The notes under the pieces are model-generated. The model was not told the DNA's origin. It was given only the letters and a program-made list of their open reading frames with translations, and ran no database searches. Below are positions 49,561 to 59,976 of a stretch of 64,000 nucleotides of DNA, one piece after another. Every line of letters starts with the position of its first letter. Position 1 is the first letter of the stretch. The position numbers and the translations under genes are program-made. The DNA comes from Nanobdellota archaeon (GTDB taxonomy: Archaea > Nanobdellota > Nanobdellia > Pacearchaeales > GW2011-AR1), in contig JBBSXO010000006.1 of the NCBI GenBank assembly GCA_038045705.1, forward strand, positions 1-64,000, written 5' to 3'.

Positions 49561-50125
49561 CCAAGATGGTCTAACTCCAGAAAATAAAACATTAAGAGAA
49601 ATATATGATCTTCAAAATACTGAAAAAGTCTTTTTTGAATTGTTTAATTCAAATGAAGAAATTACTCATGAATTTATAATTAATGTTCATGATTCTCTTT
49701 TAGAAAATATCGATCCAAGAAAAGGTTATAGAACAACGGACGTAAGAGTCATAAGAAGTAACTTTGATGCTACTCCTGCACCTTATGTTAAAACAGATAT
49801 GAATTTATTAGTAAAATGGTATGAAGATCATAAAAATAAGTTGCATCCATTAACTTTAGCTACAATTTTTCACCATAAGTTTGAGAAAATCCATCCATTT
49901 ATGGATGGAAATGGAAGAACTGGAAGAATGATATTAAGTTATATTTTATTAAAAAACAACTATCCAGCGCTGATAATCCGTAAAAAAACTAAGTCTCTTT
50001 ATCTTAATGCATTAAAAAAGGCAGATAAAAGTGATTTAACAAAGTTTCCAATGGAAGATTATTCAGAGATAGTTCAGTTTAACGTGCAAGAAATGATTGA
50101 TACTTATTGGAATATCTTTCTTTAA
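49553..50125 (+). pseudogene. Fic-family protein, 5'-truncated
   Basis: 'HPFMDGNGRTGR'; frame extends upstream as 'NLLQDGLTPENKTLREIYDLQN' to a stop at 49550-49552. Confidence 0.75.
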
Positions 50126-50182
50126 AGCTAAGAGATTTTAAGGATTGTCGAATGTGGATACAATAGTACTATGATGGTATAA

Positions 50183-50266
50183 CGCCCGGACCAGGAATCG
50201 AACCTGGGCATCGCTTGCGCGAAACAAGTTCTCCAAACTTGCGCAATTCCATTATGCGATCCGGGC
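50183..50266 (-). tRNA. tRNA-Ser(GGA)
   Basis: Acceptor GCCCGGA/TCCGGGC, anticodon arm CAAGT-TTGGAGA-ACTTG, long variable arm, GGTTCGATTCC T arm; CCA not encoded. Confidence 0.93.
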
Positions 50267-50317
50267 AATTAGATATTTCCTAGAATAAAAGAAGTCTTTT
50301 AAATATTAGTAATAAAC

Positions 50318-50995
50318 TTATTTTCCGTTTCTGGTCTTGTACAATGGTTCGAAATTTTCTAGTATCTGTCTAGCTACTTCTTCCTGTGAAAGGTTAGCAT
50401 TAATCTTTACAACTCTCCCAAGTAGTTTATTTGTAATTGAATCTAATTCTAAGGAATTAGCATATATTAATTCGTGACAAGCCACTACCTTTCTTATAAA
50501 ATCTGGTTGTTCAAATATTTCTTTTGTCTGACATCTCTTTGCAATTCTTCTTATGGCCTCTTCAGCATCTAAATCAAGATAGTATGTAACATCTGGAGCT
50601 TCTATCTCAGCTATTTCATGAGCCCTTATTAATTCATCCATTGGTTGATTTTGGGCAGACTGATATGCTAAAGTTGACATAGAGAATCTATCTCCTAAGA
50701 CAACTCTTTGTTTTGCAACGTCAGGTTTTATTTCGTTATGATAATGAGGTTTTCTATCTTCTCCTACAAAAAGTTCAGTCATTCTTCTAGCATTAGTCAT
50801 AGGATCATCTTGTTTTTCAAGCATCCCTATTAATTCCCTGGCTTTATGAGTTGGTTCTCGTGTAAGAACAATATTTTGATATTTATTCCAGCCTCTTATA
50901 GCTTTTTCCACATGCCCAATGGCAGTTCCTTTTCCAGACCCATCAACACCTTCAAAAACTACAAATAAACCGACAACCATTTTATTTCCTTTCAT
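50318..50995 (-). CDS. tmk: Thymidylate kinase
   Basis: 'FEGVDGSGKGT', 'TREP', 'DRF..ST.AYQ'. Confidence 0.92.
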   Translation of the reverse strand: MKGNKMVVGLFVVFEGVDGSGKGTAIGHVEKAIRGWNKYQNIVLTREPTHKARELIGMLEKQDDPMTNARRMTELFVGEDRKPHYHNEIKPDVAKQRVVLGDRFSMSTLAYQSAQNQPMDELIRAHEIAEIEAPDVTYYLDLDAEEAIRRIAKRCQTKEIFEQPDFIRKVVACHELIYANSLELDSITNKLLGRVVKINANLSQEEVARQILENFEPLYKTRNGK

Positions 50996-51485
50996 AAGTC
51001 ACAAATTCGTACTCTGCTCTATGACCTTCTGCAACTTTTTGCCAAACATTTAAGTCTATTTTTGGAAAGAAAGAATCTCCAGTATAGTTTCTGTGGATGT
51101 GAGTTATTTCAAGCCTATCTGCAATCTCTATAGATGATCTATAAATTTCTTCACCACCAATTACATAAACTTCTCCATCTTCTCTAAATTTTCTAGCTTC
51201 TTCAATGGCTGTCTCAAGATTAAGTCTATAAATCACATCTGATTTATCAGAATGGTTAAGAGTTCTACTCACCACTACATTTAATCTATTTTTTAGTGGA
51301 GTTCCAATAGATTCATAGGTTTTACGACCCATAATCACTCCATGATTAGCAGTTAATCTTACAAATCTCTCCATATCTTCTCTAATTCTCATGCTAAACT
51401 CAGGATCATCTACCCATGGCATCTTTCCTTGGTAACCAATAACATTATCATTTGCAACAGCAGCAATTAGAATTATTTTTCCCAT
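50982..51485 (-). CDS. folA: Dihydrofolate reductase
   Basis: 'IAAV..VIG..G.MPW', 'IMGRKTYESI', 'IGGEEIY', 'GDSFFP'. Confidence 0.95.
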   Translation of the reverse strand: MGKIILIAAVANDNVIGYQGKMPWVDDPEFSMRIREDMERFVRLTANHGVIMGRKTYESIGTPLKNRLNVVVSRTLNHSDKSDVIYRLNLETAIEEARKFREDGEVYVIGGEEIYRSSIEIADRLEITHIHRNYTGDSFFPKIDLNVWQKVAEGHRAEYEFVTYERK

Positions 51486-52547
51486 TTAAACCGCCATCAT
51501 TCTTTTTATTGTTGGATGAGGATTATAACTCTTTAATTCAAAATCATCTACAGTCAAATCTTCTAGTTTTTTTGGGGTGATTCTCAATACAGGAAGATTT
51601 TTTGGTTTTCTAGCAAGTTGTTCTATTATTCCCGTAACATGATCTAACCCTTGTTCAAGATTTTCTTCAACAGGTGCATTTTGCTCAATATGTTCTTTTA
51701 TCTGGAGAAAGTCTTCTGCAGTGGAAGCACCTCTAACTCTTGTTTTAAGATCTCTTAAACTGTCATTATACCATTTTCCTCTTTCTCCCCTCCCACAATA
51801 GAAATGAGCATCTCCAAAACTGTGTACAAATCTTCCTGCTTTGAGTCCTACTTGTTCAGCAATTATATGAGTTAATAAAGCATAACCAGCAATATTAAAT
51901 GGAACTCCTAGAAACATATCAGCAGATCTCTGATACATATTACAGTCTAACTTATCTCCAGCAACATTAAATTGAAAAATTGAATGGCATGGAGGTAAAG
52001 CCATATTATCTACTTCAGCTACATTCCAAGCACTAACCATCAGCCTTCTAGAATTAGGAGATTTCCTTAAAGTTTCGGCAACTTTTCTAATTTGATCAAT
52101 CTCAGCACCTTCAATAGTCTTCCATTTTCTCCATTGTTTCCCATAAACATCTCCTAATGTTCCATGTTTAATTGCAAATTCATCATCATCTATAACTTTA
52201 GAAATAAAAGCAGTTTTTTCGTCAACCCATTGTTGAGTGTAAGGTCTAACCTCCTCCTGTCTGCCTTGACTTCTGAGATAATGATGAAAAGCATTATCGT
52301 CCCATATATGAACTTCATTCTTTAATAGTTTCCTGATATTTGTGTCTCCACTTAGAAACCATAATAGTTCATGTACCACATGTTTGAAAGGTATTTTTTT
52401 TGTAGTAGCTAGCGGAAATCCTTCTGACAAGTCATATTCGGTTTGTCCTCCAAATCTTGATAGGCTATCAACTCCCGTCCTGTTTGGTTTGTATACTGTA
52501 TATTTATCAAATAAAACTCTGACTGCATGAGAAAGATATTGATCCAT
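51486..52547 (-). CDS. thyA: Thymidylate synthase ThyA (bacterial type, with inserts)
   Basis: 'ELLWFL', 'YGKQWR', 'SRR', 'LPPCH', 'YQRSADMFLGVPFN'. Confidence 0.95.
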   Translation of the reverse strand: MDQYLSHAVRVLFDKYTVYKPNRTGVDSLSRFGGQTEYDLSEGFPLATTKKIPFKHVVHELLWFLSGDTNIRKLLKNEVHIWDDNAFHHYLRSQGRQEEVRPYTQQWVDEKTAFISKVIDDDEFAIKHGTLGDVYGKQWRKWKTIEGAEIDQIRKVAETLRKSPNSRRLMVSAWNVAEVDNMALPPCHSIFQFNVAGDKLDCNMYQRSADMFLGVPFNIAGYALLTHIIAEQVGLKAGRFVHSFGDAHFYCGRGERGKWYNDSLRDLKTRVRGASTAEDFLQIKEHIEQNAPVEENLEQGLDHVTGIIEQLARKPKNLPVLRITPKKLEDLTVDDFELKSYNPHPTIKRMMAV

Positions 52548-52601
52548 AGCTAAAAAAAGTTATTTTGTTTTTAATAGATATGTATTCTGAAAAGCATACA
52601 A

Positions 52602-53222
52602 TCACAACTTACTCAAATAATCTTTAATAAACGGCCATGAAATACGAGTCCAAGATTCTACTTCATTATTTGAACTAGAGAATATCTCCTCAATCTCGTT
52701 TATCGAGTAAAATTTACCATGAGTCATATCTTCAATAGGTTTAACTTCGTGATCTGTTTCAGCCAAAGCTACAATGCCAAAATGCACTTCACCCACAGTA
52801 TCGCTATCATCATTAACAAATCCAACAATTTTAGGGATAGGATATTCTTTAATAAATACTTCTTCTTTTAATTCTCTAATCATTGCATCAAGTATGGGGT
52901 TATCAGAATTTTCTTCAGTTTTTTTATCAATATGTCCTCCGACACCACCAGAAAATTTGTCTCGTAATCTACCCTCATTACCCGTTTTTGATCTTTTATA
53001 TAAAAAAATTTTTTTCTCAGATGGGTTTAATATCCATACATAAGGAATTGGTTGTTTTATCGAAGAATCATTCTCAAGTCCATGAGTTCTAATTAAATAA
53101 TTATAATTTTCAAGTATTATATCTAAATAATTTTTTTCATCAATAGGATTAAATCCTTGAAAGTCACTTTCTTTAAACAAAACATCTCTCTTAACAACCA
53201 GAATCTCATCACCCATTCCCAT
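52602..53222 (-). CDS. NUDIX hydrolase
   Basis: 'KQPIPY', 'GVGGHID', 'RELKEEV', 'VGEVHFG'. Confidence 0.85.
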   Translation of the reverse strand: MGMGDEILVVKRDVLFKESDFQGFNPIDEKNYLDIILENYNYLIRTHGLENDSSIKQPIPYVWILNPSEKKIFLYKRSKTGNEGRLRDKFSGGVGGHIDKKTEENSDNPILDAMIRELKEEVFIKEYPIPKIVGFVNDDSDTVGEVHFGIVALAETDHEVKPIEDMTHGKFYSINEIEEIFSSSNNEVESWTRISWPFIKDYLSKL

Positions 53223-53254
53223 AAATCAAAATAATAAAATACCTATTTAAAGAT

Positions 53255-54295
53255 TTATATGAATTTTTTTCTAAAACGAGACATAACCCTTTTTTCAATA
53301 CAAGACTTCAATATCGCAGGAATCCAGCCAGTCATAATAAATTTTTTATATTCAATTACTCCAGAATTCTTTCCTAAAGATATTACCATCAGTCTTTTCT
53401 TGGAGATATATTTCTGCATCTTTCTCCCATTCATATGAGCAAGTAAATTTTGAGCTACAACTTTACCATGTTTCTCTGCATTTTGAGCAGTCTTTTCTTC
53501 AACTATGTTTGAGACATCACCAGCTACAAATATGTTTTCCATTTGTGGAATTTGCAAATACTCATTTACCTCTATTCCTTTAGGTGCAAATTTTGAAAAA
53601 TCTCCTTGCATAAATCCAATATTTGGTTTTATACCTACTGTAAAAAAAGCCATATCGTAATGGTATTTTTTCCCAGATTCTCCAATTATTTCTTTTTTAG
53701 TTTTATCAACTATTTTTTCATTAAAGTTCATTTCAACCCCTCTTTTTTCTAGAAATTTTCTGGCGTATTCGCTAGTCTTTTCATTGTTTCTTTCAAGTAG
53801 TTTTGGACCTGCACTAATAATAGAAATTTTTTTGTCATTATAGTGGGTTGCTAGCTCCGTAGCAAGTTCAACCCCTACCAGACCACCTCCAACGATCACA
53901 ATCCTATTAGATTTCTGTATTTTTTTATTAGCTTCAAGTAAGTGTTTAACTCTTGTAGCAAAGAAAGTATCTTCTTCTTTTATGGGATTATTATAATTGC
54001 TTCCAGAGGCTATAACTAGGTAATCATAATTTATTTTCTCATTACTAGCAAGTATAACTTTATTATCTTCAATCTTCTTAACATGACCAACAACAACCTT
54101 AGTATTTGATAAATAATCTTTATGTTTTACATGTAATTTCTTATAATGTTCAGGTTCTACAAGCACACGCAATATACCAGGAGTATATTCAAAGTAATCT
54201 TCAGTGTCAATTAAAGTTAAATTGCATTTACCATTAAGTTTTTTAGCAACAGTTGTCCCAGCAAAACCACCACCAATAATCACAACCTTTTTCAT
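53255..54295 (-). CDS. FAD/NAD(P)H oxidoreductase (NDH-2/AMID-like)
   Basis: 'IIGGGFAG', 'IVGGGLVGVE', 'FVAGD'. Confidence 0.88.
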   Translation of the reverse strand: MKKVVIIGGGFAGTTVAKKLNGKCNLTLIDTEDYFEYTPGILRVLVEPEHYKKLHVKHKDYLSNTKVVVGHVKKIEDNKVILASNEKINYDYLVIASGSNYNNPIKEEDTFFATRVKHLLEANKKIQKSNRIVIVGGGLVGVELATELATHYNDKKISIISAGPKLLERNNEKTSEYARKFLEKRGVEMNFNEKIVDKTKKEIIGESGKKYHYDMAFFTVGIKPNIGFMQGDFSKFAPKGIEVNEYLQIPQMENIFVAGDVSNIVEEKTAQNAEKHGKVVAQNLLAHMNGRKMQKYISKKRLMVISLGKNSGVIEYKKFIMTGWIPAILKSCIEKRVMSRFRKKFI

Positions 54296-54485
54296 ATAAC
54301 TAATAAAAATCTCAGAATTATAAGGTTATTCTTTTAGAATGTTTAAGATAGTAATACTTCCTACCATCAACAATTTTAGTAATTATTTTCATAAATCTAT
54401 TATACCTACAAACTACTTAAATTTTGCTATTTTAGCAAAATGTGGGTATAAAGTCTCGCTTTATTTTTACATGCGTTAGCAAATA

Positions 54486-54950
54486 TCAATAATCATAATA
54501 TCCTTCATCTTCAAAACCTTCATTCCCAAAGCCCCTAAGTTTACCCACCAAACCAGCAACTTGAACCCTTTCAATATGTTTTAGAGAATTGAAGACTGAA
54601 GCAAGATTATCCCATCCATAAGTATCAGGAAGCTGTTTTTTAAGAAAAAGTAATCTCGCTTCAACCTCTTCTATTCCTGGAAATGGTGTTGTCGCTTGTG
54701 CCACACAAAACCCCACAGAAAATCCCCAATTAGTGTTAATAGGGTATAGAATTAAATCAACATTTTTTCGCACAATTTTCAAAAGTCGTTCTGCCTCCCA
54801 TTCATTTATTTTTTTATCAGGGTGATAACAATCAAACTCTACTTTCCCAGTAAGACGAATATCATATTCCCTAACATAATGAAGACGTTTGTCAAGTCTT
54901 TCTAAAAATTTCAAATCAGACTCTGAAGCAACTTCCACATGACCAACCAT
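54486..54950 (-). CDS. Hypothetical protein
   Basis: 154-aa ORF with TTATAAA upstream. Confidence 0.55.
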   Translation of the reverse strand: MVGHVEVASESDLKFLERLDKRLHYVREYDIRLTGKVEFDCYHPDKKINEWEAERLLKIVRKNVDLILYPINTNWGFSVGFCVAQATTPFPGIEEVEARLLFLKKQLPDTYGWDNLASVFNSLKHIERVQVAGLVGKLRGFGNEGFEDEGYYDY

Positions 54951-55014
54951 AAATAATAATTACATTTAGAATTTATAAGTATTATCTAGAAACAAAACAT
55001 CTATTGATAATTTA

Positions 55015-55323
55015 TTATTCCTTAATATCTATCTTAATCTGAACACTTCTTGGAATCTTAAGCATCATTAATGGGCGTAAAACTCTGTCTTGAGCAGGCA
55101 TGTCAATAATTCTTTTATGAACTCTCATTTCAAATCTGTCAAAAGTAGCGGTTCCATTTCCACAGGGGGACTTTCTTGTAGTAACCTTCATGTGTCTTGT
55201 TGGTAGTGGAATAGGACCCCTCATATTAATACCAGATTTATCAGAAAGGTCTTTAATCATTCCAATAACTGAGTTCAACTGACCTATATCTATACTTGAT
55301 AGTTTTATTCTTACTACGCCCAT
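55015..55323 (-). CDS. rpsJ: 30S ribosomal protein uS10 (archaeal type)
   Basis: 'GPIPLPT', 'TRKSPCGNGTATFDRFEMRVHKR'; ATG at 55323. Confidence 0.95.
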   Translation of the reverse strand: MGVVRIKLSSIDIGQLNSVIGMIKDLSDKSGINMRGPIPLPTRHMKVTTRKSPCGNGTATFDRFEMRVHKRIIDMPAQDRVLRPLMMLKIPRSVQIKIDIKE

Positions 55324-55545
55324 GTTGTCCCAAAGCAAAAAACGGTTCTTAAACCTTGCGGTAGATGACAAGTTTTAAGCTCGAGAATATCAGTTTTTGT
55401 TATCAAAAAATCGATGCGATTGGTACTAGATTTTTGGATGCATGAAAATTCTTTAAATAGAGAATTTTCTGCACAGAAGTTTGTTTGTAAAGACAAACTT
55501 CTTGTGCTCATGATGTTAAGAGACATCGAGACATAAAATTACGTT

Positions 55546-58230
55546 TCATTCAAATCTTTTCTGAACTAATATCCCTACTAAACTCAAGAGAAACACAATA
55601 AAAGTAGTTATTGCTATACGAGACCAGTCCATAAAAGAAAGAGGAATAGTATCAAATAAATTACCAAGGGGTGTATAGAGAACCATTAACTGTAATATAA
55701 ATGAGGCAAATACAGCAAGAAACAACCAGAAATTACTAAATGTAGGGATATTAGCTTCTTTCCTAACAATGTAAACTCTTGCAAGTTCAAGAACAACAAT
55801 AGAAGTAAACGCAATAGTTTGTGCATGGGCTATATCATTAAAGCTACTCAAACTCCAAGTAAATAATGCAAGAACTCCAGCAACAATCAAAGAAGAGGTA
55901 TAAAACATACTAAACAATCTACCTCTAGTTAATATTGGTTCATCTTTTTTTCTAGGTGCTTTTTCCATTGAGCCCTTAGGGTATGGGTCAACACTCAATG
56001 CTAAAGCAGGCAATCCATCAGTAACCAGATTTATCCATAATAACATTAAAGCAGTGAATGGTAGAGGCAACCCAAATATTATTGCTAGGACAACTATCAT
56101 AACTTCAGCTAAATTAGAAGAAAGTAAGTATTTTACAAAAGAAATGATATTGGAATAAATTCCCCTTCCTTCCTCAACAGCTGAAACGATAGTTGAAAAA
56201 TTATCATCTATTAAGATCATATCACTCGCTTCTTTAGAAACATCTGTTCCCTTGATACCCATTGCAATTCCCAAATTTGCAGATTTCAAAGCAGGAGCAT
56301 CATTTACTCCATCTCCAGTCATAGCTACAATGGCTCCCGATTCTTGCAACAATTTAACAATTTCTAGTTTGTGGGCAGGTTCAACCCTAGCAAATATATT
56401 TGTTGTCTTTATTATTTGTCTCTTCTCTATACTGCCTAACTGTGCAAAATGAACTCCTTCAATACTTTCCACAGTTAAACCAATATCTTTAGCGATAGCA
56501 CTAGCAGTATTAATATTGTCTCCAGTAATCATTATTACTCTAATTCCAGCATTTTTTGTCCTGACAATATAATCTTTAATCTCTGGTTTAGGAGGGTCGA
56601 TCATTCCTTGAAGACCTACAAATATCAAATCGCTTTCAGACATTTTTTCTTTTTTTCTAGCTATTTTATAAGCAAAGCCTAAAACTCGTAAAGCACTAGA
56701 AGCGTATAATTTATTTTTATCTAAAATTTCTTTACGTATTTTATCTGTAAATCTAACAATTCTATTATCTATAAAGATATAATTACATTTTTCTATAATC
56801 CTTTCAGGAGCACCTTTAGTACAAAATAAAAACTTACTCCCATCTTTGTGAAGAGTACTCATCATTTTTCTCGAAGCATCAAAAGGCAATTCATCTACTC
56901 TAACAAATTTTTCTCGAAGCTCTCTATAATTTAACCCAGCTTTAAGAGCACTAACAAGTAAAGCAGCCTCAGTAGGGTCCCCAGTAATAGTCACCTCTTG
57001 AGTTTTATGCAAAACAGCATTATTGCACAAAGCTCCAATCTTCAAGATAAGTGAATCTTTTTCAGTAAATGTTTTTCCGTTTAAAGATATCAAACCTTTA
57101 TCAAAGTAACCTTCTCCAGATACAACATAATCTTTTTTATTTGTAAAAATATTTCTTACAGTCATTTCATTTTTAGTTAAAGTTCCAGTCTTATCACAGC
57201 ATATTACATTAGTCTCACCTAAAGTTTCGACAGAAGGCAATCTTCTAATCAATGAATTTTTTTTAAGAAGCCTTTTAACACCTATCGCAAGAGATATAGT
57301 AACAACAGCAGGTAGACCTTCAGGAACAGCAGCAACAGCAAGGGCAATAGCCGTTAGTAACCATGTTCTAACGTGCTTTCCAAAGTTAGAATAATCTCCT
57401 GCTAGTAATTCATAGATTAAACCTTCACGAAAGAAACCAATCAAAAATATAAGTAGTGAAACAAAGATAACCCCAAGACCAACATATTTTCCAAATTTAT
57501 CTAATTTAATCTGCAGGGGGGTAGCTTCTTTTTTAACATCATTTAAAAGATGAGCTATTTTTCCTAACTCAGTTTTCATACCTGTAGAAGTTACAATGCA
57601 AAGACCACGACCATTAGTTATTAAAGTCCCAGAAAAAATCATATTCTTTTGGTCATTAATTACAAGATTCCCAATGAGTGCATCAGAAAGTTTAGAACTA
57701 GGAGAAGATTCTCCAGTTAAAGAAGATTCTAAACAAGAGAGTGAGTGACTTTCAATAACGCGAGCATCAGCAGGAACTTTATCTCCCTCTTCAACAACAA
57801 TTATATCTCCTGGTACAATTTCTTTAGAATCTATCTCGCGAAGTTCTTTGTTTCTTATTACTCTAGCTTTAAGTGAAGACAATTTCTTTAAAGATTCAAT
57901 AGACTTCTCAGCCCTATATTCTTGAACAAATCCAAAAGTAGCGTTTAAGAGTAAAATAGCAAATATTACTACAGAATCAATATACTCTTTAAGAAGAACT
58001 GAAATAAGTAGGGCAAATATAAGTAAATAAATAATAAAACTTCTAAACTGTCTAAAGAATATAATTAAACCAGAAACAGAACTTTCTTTTTTTATTTCAT
58101 TAAACCCAAAATCCGTTAGTCTTTGTTTAGCTATAACCTCTGTCAACCCAGTTTTACTACTAGATCCAAATTGAGAAATTACCTTATTAATTTCTAAAGA
58201 ATAATATCTATCACCCATTTTAACAAACAA
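55546..58230 (-). CDS. P-type ATPase, Ca2+-transporting type
   Basis: 'TGES', 'PEGL', 'DKTGT', 'KGAPE', 'GDGVND', 'NLVTDG'. Confidence 0.95.
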   Translation of the reverse strand: MFVKMGDRYYSLEINKVISQFGSSSKTGLTEVIAKQRLTDFGFNEIKKESSVSGLIIFFRQFRSFIIYLLIFALLISVLLKEYIDSVVIFAILLLNATFGFVQEYRAEKSIESLKKLSSLKARVIRNKELREIDSKEIVPGDIIVVEEGDKVPADARVIESHSLSCLESSLTGESSPSSKLSDALIGNLVINDQKNMIFSGTLITNGRGLCIVTSTGMKTELGKIAHLLNDVKKEATPLQIKLDKFGKYVGLGVIFVSLLIFLIGFFREGLIYELLAGDYSNFGKHVRTWLLTAIALAVAAVPEGLPAVVTISLAIGVKRLLKKNSLIRRLPSVETLGETNVICCDKTGTLTKNEMTVRNIFTNKKDYVVSGEGYFDKGLISLNGKTFTEKDSLILKIGALCNNAVLHKTQEVTITGDPTEAALLVSALKAGLNYRELREKFVRVDELPFDASRKMMSTLHKDGSKFLFCTKGAPERIIEKCNYIFIDNRIVRFTDKIRKEILDKNKLYASSALRVLGFAYKIARKKEKMSESDLIFVGLQGMIDPPKPEIKDYIVRTKNAGIRVIMITGDNINTASAIAKDIGLTVESIEGVHFAQLGSIEKRQIIKTTNIFARVEPAHKLEIVKLLQESGAIVAMTGDGVNDAPALKSANLGIAMGIKGTDVSKEASDMILIDDNFSTIVSAVEEGRGIYSNIISFVKYLLSSNLAEVMIVVLAIIFGLPLPFTALMLLWINLVTDGLPALALSVDPYPKGSMEKAPRKKDEPILTRGRLFSMFYTSSLIVAGVLALFTWSLSSFNDIAHAQTIAFTSIVVLELARVYIVRKEANIPTFSNFWLFLAVFASFILQLMVLYTPLGNLFDTIPLSFMDWSRIAITTFIVFLLSLVGILVQKRFE

Positions 58231-58263
58231 ACATTATTAAGTATAAAAATCCCCCTAAAGTAA

Positions 58264-58683
58264 ATGGGTAATATGTTTAAAAAAGTGAAAGCTAAAACGG
58301 TGGAAGAATACATTAATTCGATCACGGGAGAAAGAAAAGAACAAATTGTTTTTTTACATAATCTAATAAAAAAGACAGTTCCAAGTCTAAAACCTCACTT
58401 CGCTTACAACATGCTTGGGTATGGCTCTTTCAAATATAAAAGTAACAAGAAAGAAATGCTTAACTGGCCAGTAATTGCTTTAGCAAACCAAAAGAATTAC
58501 ATCTCATTATACATATGTGCAACAAATAATGGAAAATATATAGCAGAAGAAAATAAATCAAAATTAGGAAAGGTCAGTGTAGGAAGAAGTTGTATTAGAT
58601 TCAAAAAACTAGAAGACTTAAATCTAGAGACTCTAAAGAAAGTAATAAAACTAGCCTCAAAAAACCCAGGACTTCGAAACTAA
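58264..58683 (+). CDS. DUF1801 (YdhG-like) protein
   Basis: 'TVEEYI', 'QKNYISLY', 'GRSCIRFKK'. Confidence 0.85.
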   Translation: MGNMFKKVKAKTVEEYINSITGERKEQIVFLHNLIKKTVPSLKPHFAYNMLGYGSFKYKSNKKEMLNWPVIALANQKNYISLYICATNNGKYIAEENKSKLGKVSVGRSCIRFKKLEDLNLETLKKVIKLASKNPGLRN

Positions 58684-58724
58684 AATATACAAAAATTTAT
58701 ATACTATAGATATTCTATAGAATT

Positions 58725-58970
58725 ATGCAAAACCAAATAAGCACAATCCAATTAAGAGATAAAGTAAAGCAAGCACTAGACAGATTAAAACAAAAGTCTA
58801 ACGAAAGCTATGAAGAAGTAATAGTTAAGTTAATTGAAGAAAAAGAAAAAAAGGATATCAAAAAATTGCTTAAAGAACAGTGCATTGAAATGTATGATCT
58901 AGATAGAGAAATAGCAAAAGAATGGGAAGGCACTTTAATGGATGGTTTAGACAAAAATGAAAAATGGTAA
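58725..58970 (+). CDS. Antitoxin
   Basis: 'STIQL...L..LK...ESYEEVI..L'; overlaps mazF. Confidence 0.75.
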   Translation: MQNQISTIQLRDKVKQALDRLKQKSNESYEEVIVKLIEEKEKKDIKKLLKEQCIEMYDLDREIAKEWEGTLMDGLDKNEKW

Positions 58971-59311
58971 ATATTAAGAGGGGAGAAATTTTTTTAGCAA
59001 ACTTAGAACCAGTTAAGGGAAGCGAGCAAGGAGGGATTAGACCAGTACTAGTGATTCAAAATGACATCTCAAATGAATATAGCCCCATAACAATAGTTGC
59101 TGCACTTACATCTAAGATCAAAATTACAAAGTTTATAACAAATATATTTATTCCAAAAAGTCAGACAGGTTTAGATAAAGACTCAATAATATTGTTAAAT
59201 CAAATAAAAACAATAGATAAATCAAGAATAATAAAGAGAATAGGAACAGTAGATAATGAATTAATGAATAAAGTAGATAATGCTATAAAAATAAGTCTTG
59301 CTCTTGACTAA
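58964..59311 (+). CDS. mazF: MazF/PemK toxin
   Basis: 'RGEIFLANL.P..GSEQGGIRPVLVIQND'. Confidence 0.93.
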   Translation: MVNIKRGEIFLANLEPVKGSEQGGIRPVLVIQNDISNEYSPITIVAALTSKIKITKFITNIFIPKSQTGLDKDSIILLNQIKTIDKSRIIKRIGTVDNELMNKVDNAIKISLALD

Positions 59312-59327
59312 TCAAAAAATTTCTTAG

Positions 59328-59429
59328 TCAGCAAAATTCACAGACATTCTTTGCATTTTTCTTATCTTCTTTCTTCCCTTTCTCTTTTTTGTCTTTTTTC
59401 ATATCTTTCCCTTTTTTATTCTCTACCAT
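59328..59429 (-). CDS. 33-aa Lys-rich peptide ending in CEFC
   Basis: MVENKKGKDMKKDKKEKGKKEDKKNAKNVCEFC; TATA about 25 nt upstream. Confidence 0.6.
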   Translation of the reverse strand: MVENKKGKDMKKDKKEKGKKEDKKNAKNVCEFC

Positions 59430-59477
59430 ATAAAATAAAGTCTTAACTAATATATAAATTTTATTAAACCGTAAAGT

Positions 59478-59598
59478 GAGCCCGGCTCCGCCGCGAAGCC
59501 GAGCTCTTTCATCTCAGTTTAGGAGATGAATATAAGAAAAACCTTGTAATGGGTTTTTAACATGCAAAAGTCTTTCTAAATGGTTATTTAAGACTTTT
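59478..59598. other. Cluster of four consecutive hairpins (ncRNA or element end)
   Basis: Inverted repeats at 59478-59506, 59508-59530, 59537-59558, 59566-59598. Confidence 0.55.
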
Positions 59599-59976
59599 GA
59601 ATATCTAACCCAAACAAACTTAAAATTTAATACTAGTTGAAATCTTTAGATTGGAGTTAAGTTATTATCTTGGAGACTATCAACTGTAATCCCAAAACAC
59701 TAGCAAACTCATCAGAGTTTTATGATTTTAAACGTATCTTTTCCGAAGAAGATGCCTTTTTAACCTTTATCCAATAACGAATCGCAAATATTAAAAAACC
59801 AAACCCAACCACAAAATAGATTAGATGCATTTTCATGCCAAGAAACATAAAACAAAAAGTAAAGATAGAAAGAGAGGTAGCTAAAAAGAAATCGCTATCT
59901 TTCTCAGATGTGAACTGCATCATTGGGTGAATATCAATAGATTTAAAATCGTTTCCATTCTTTAAACCAAGAGGCG

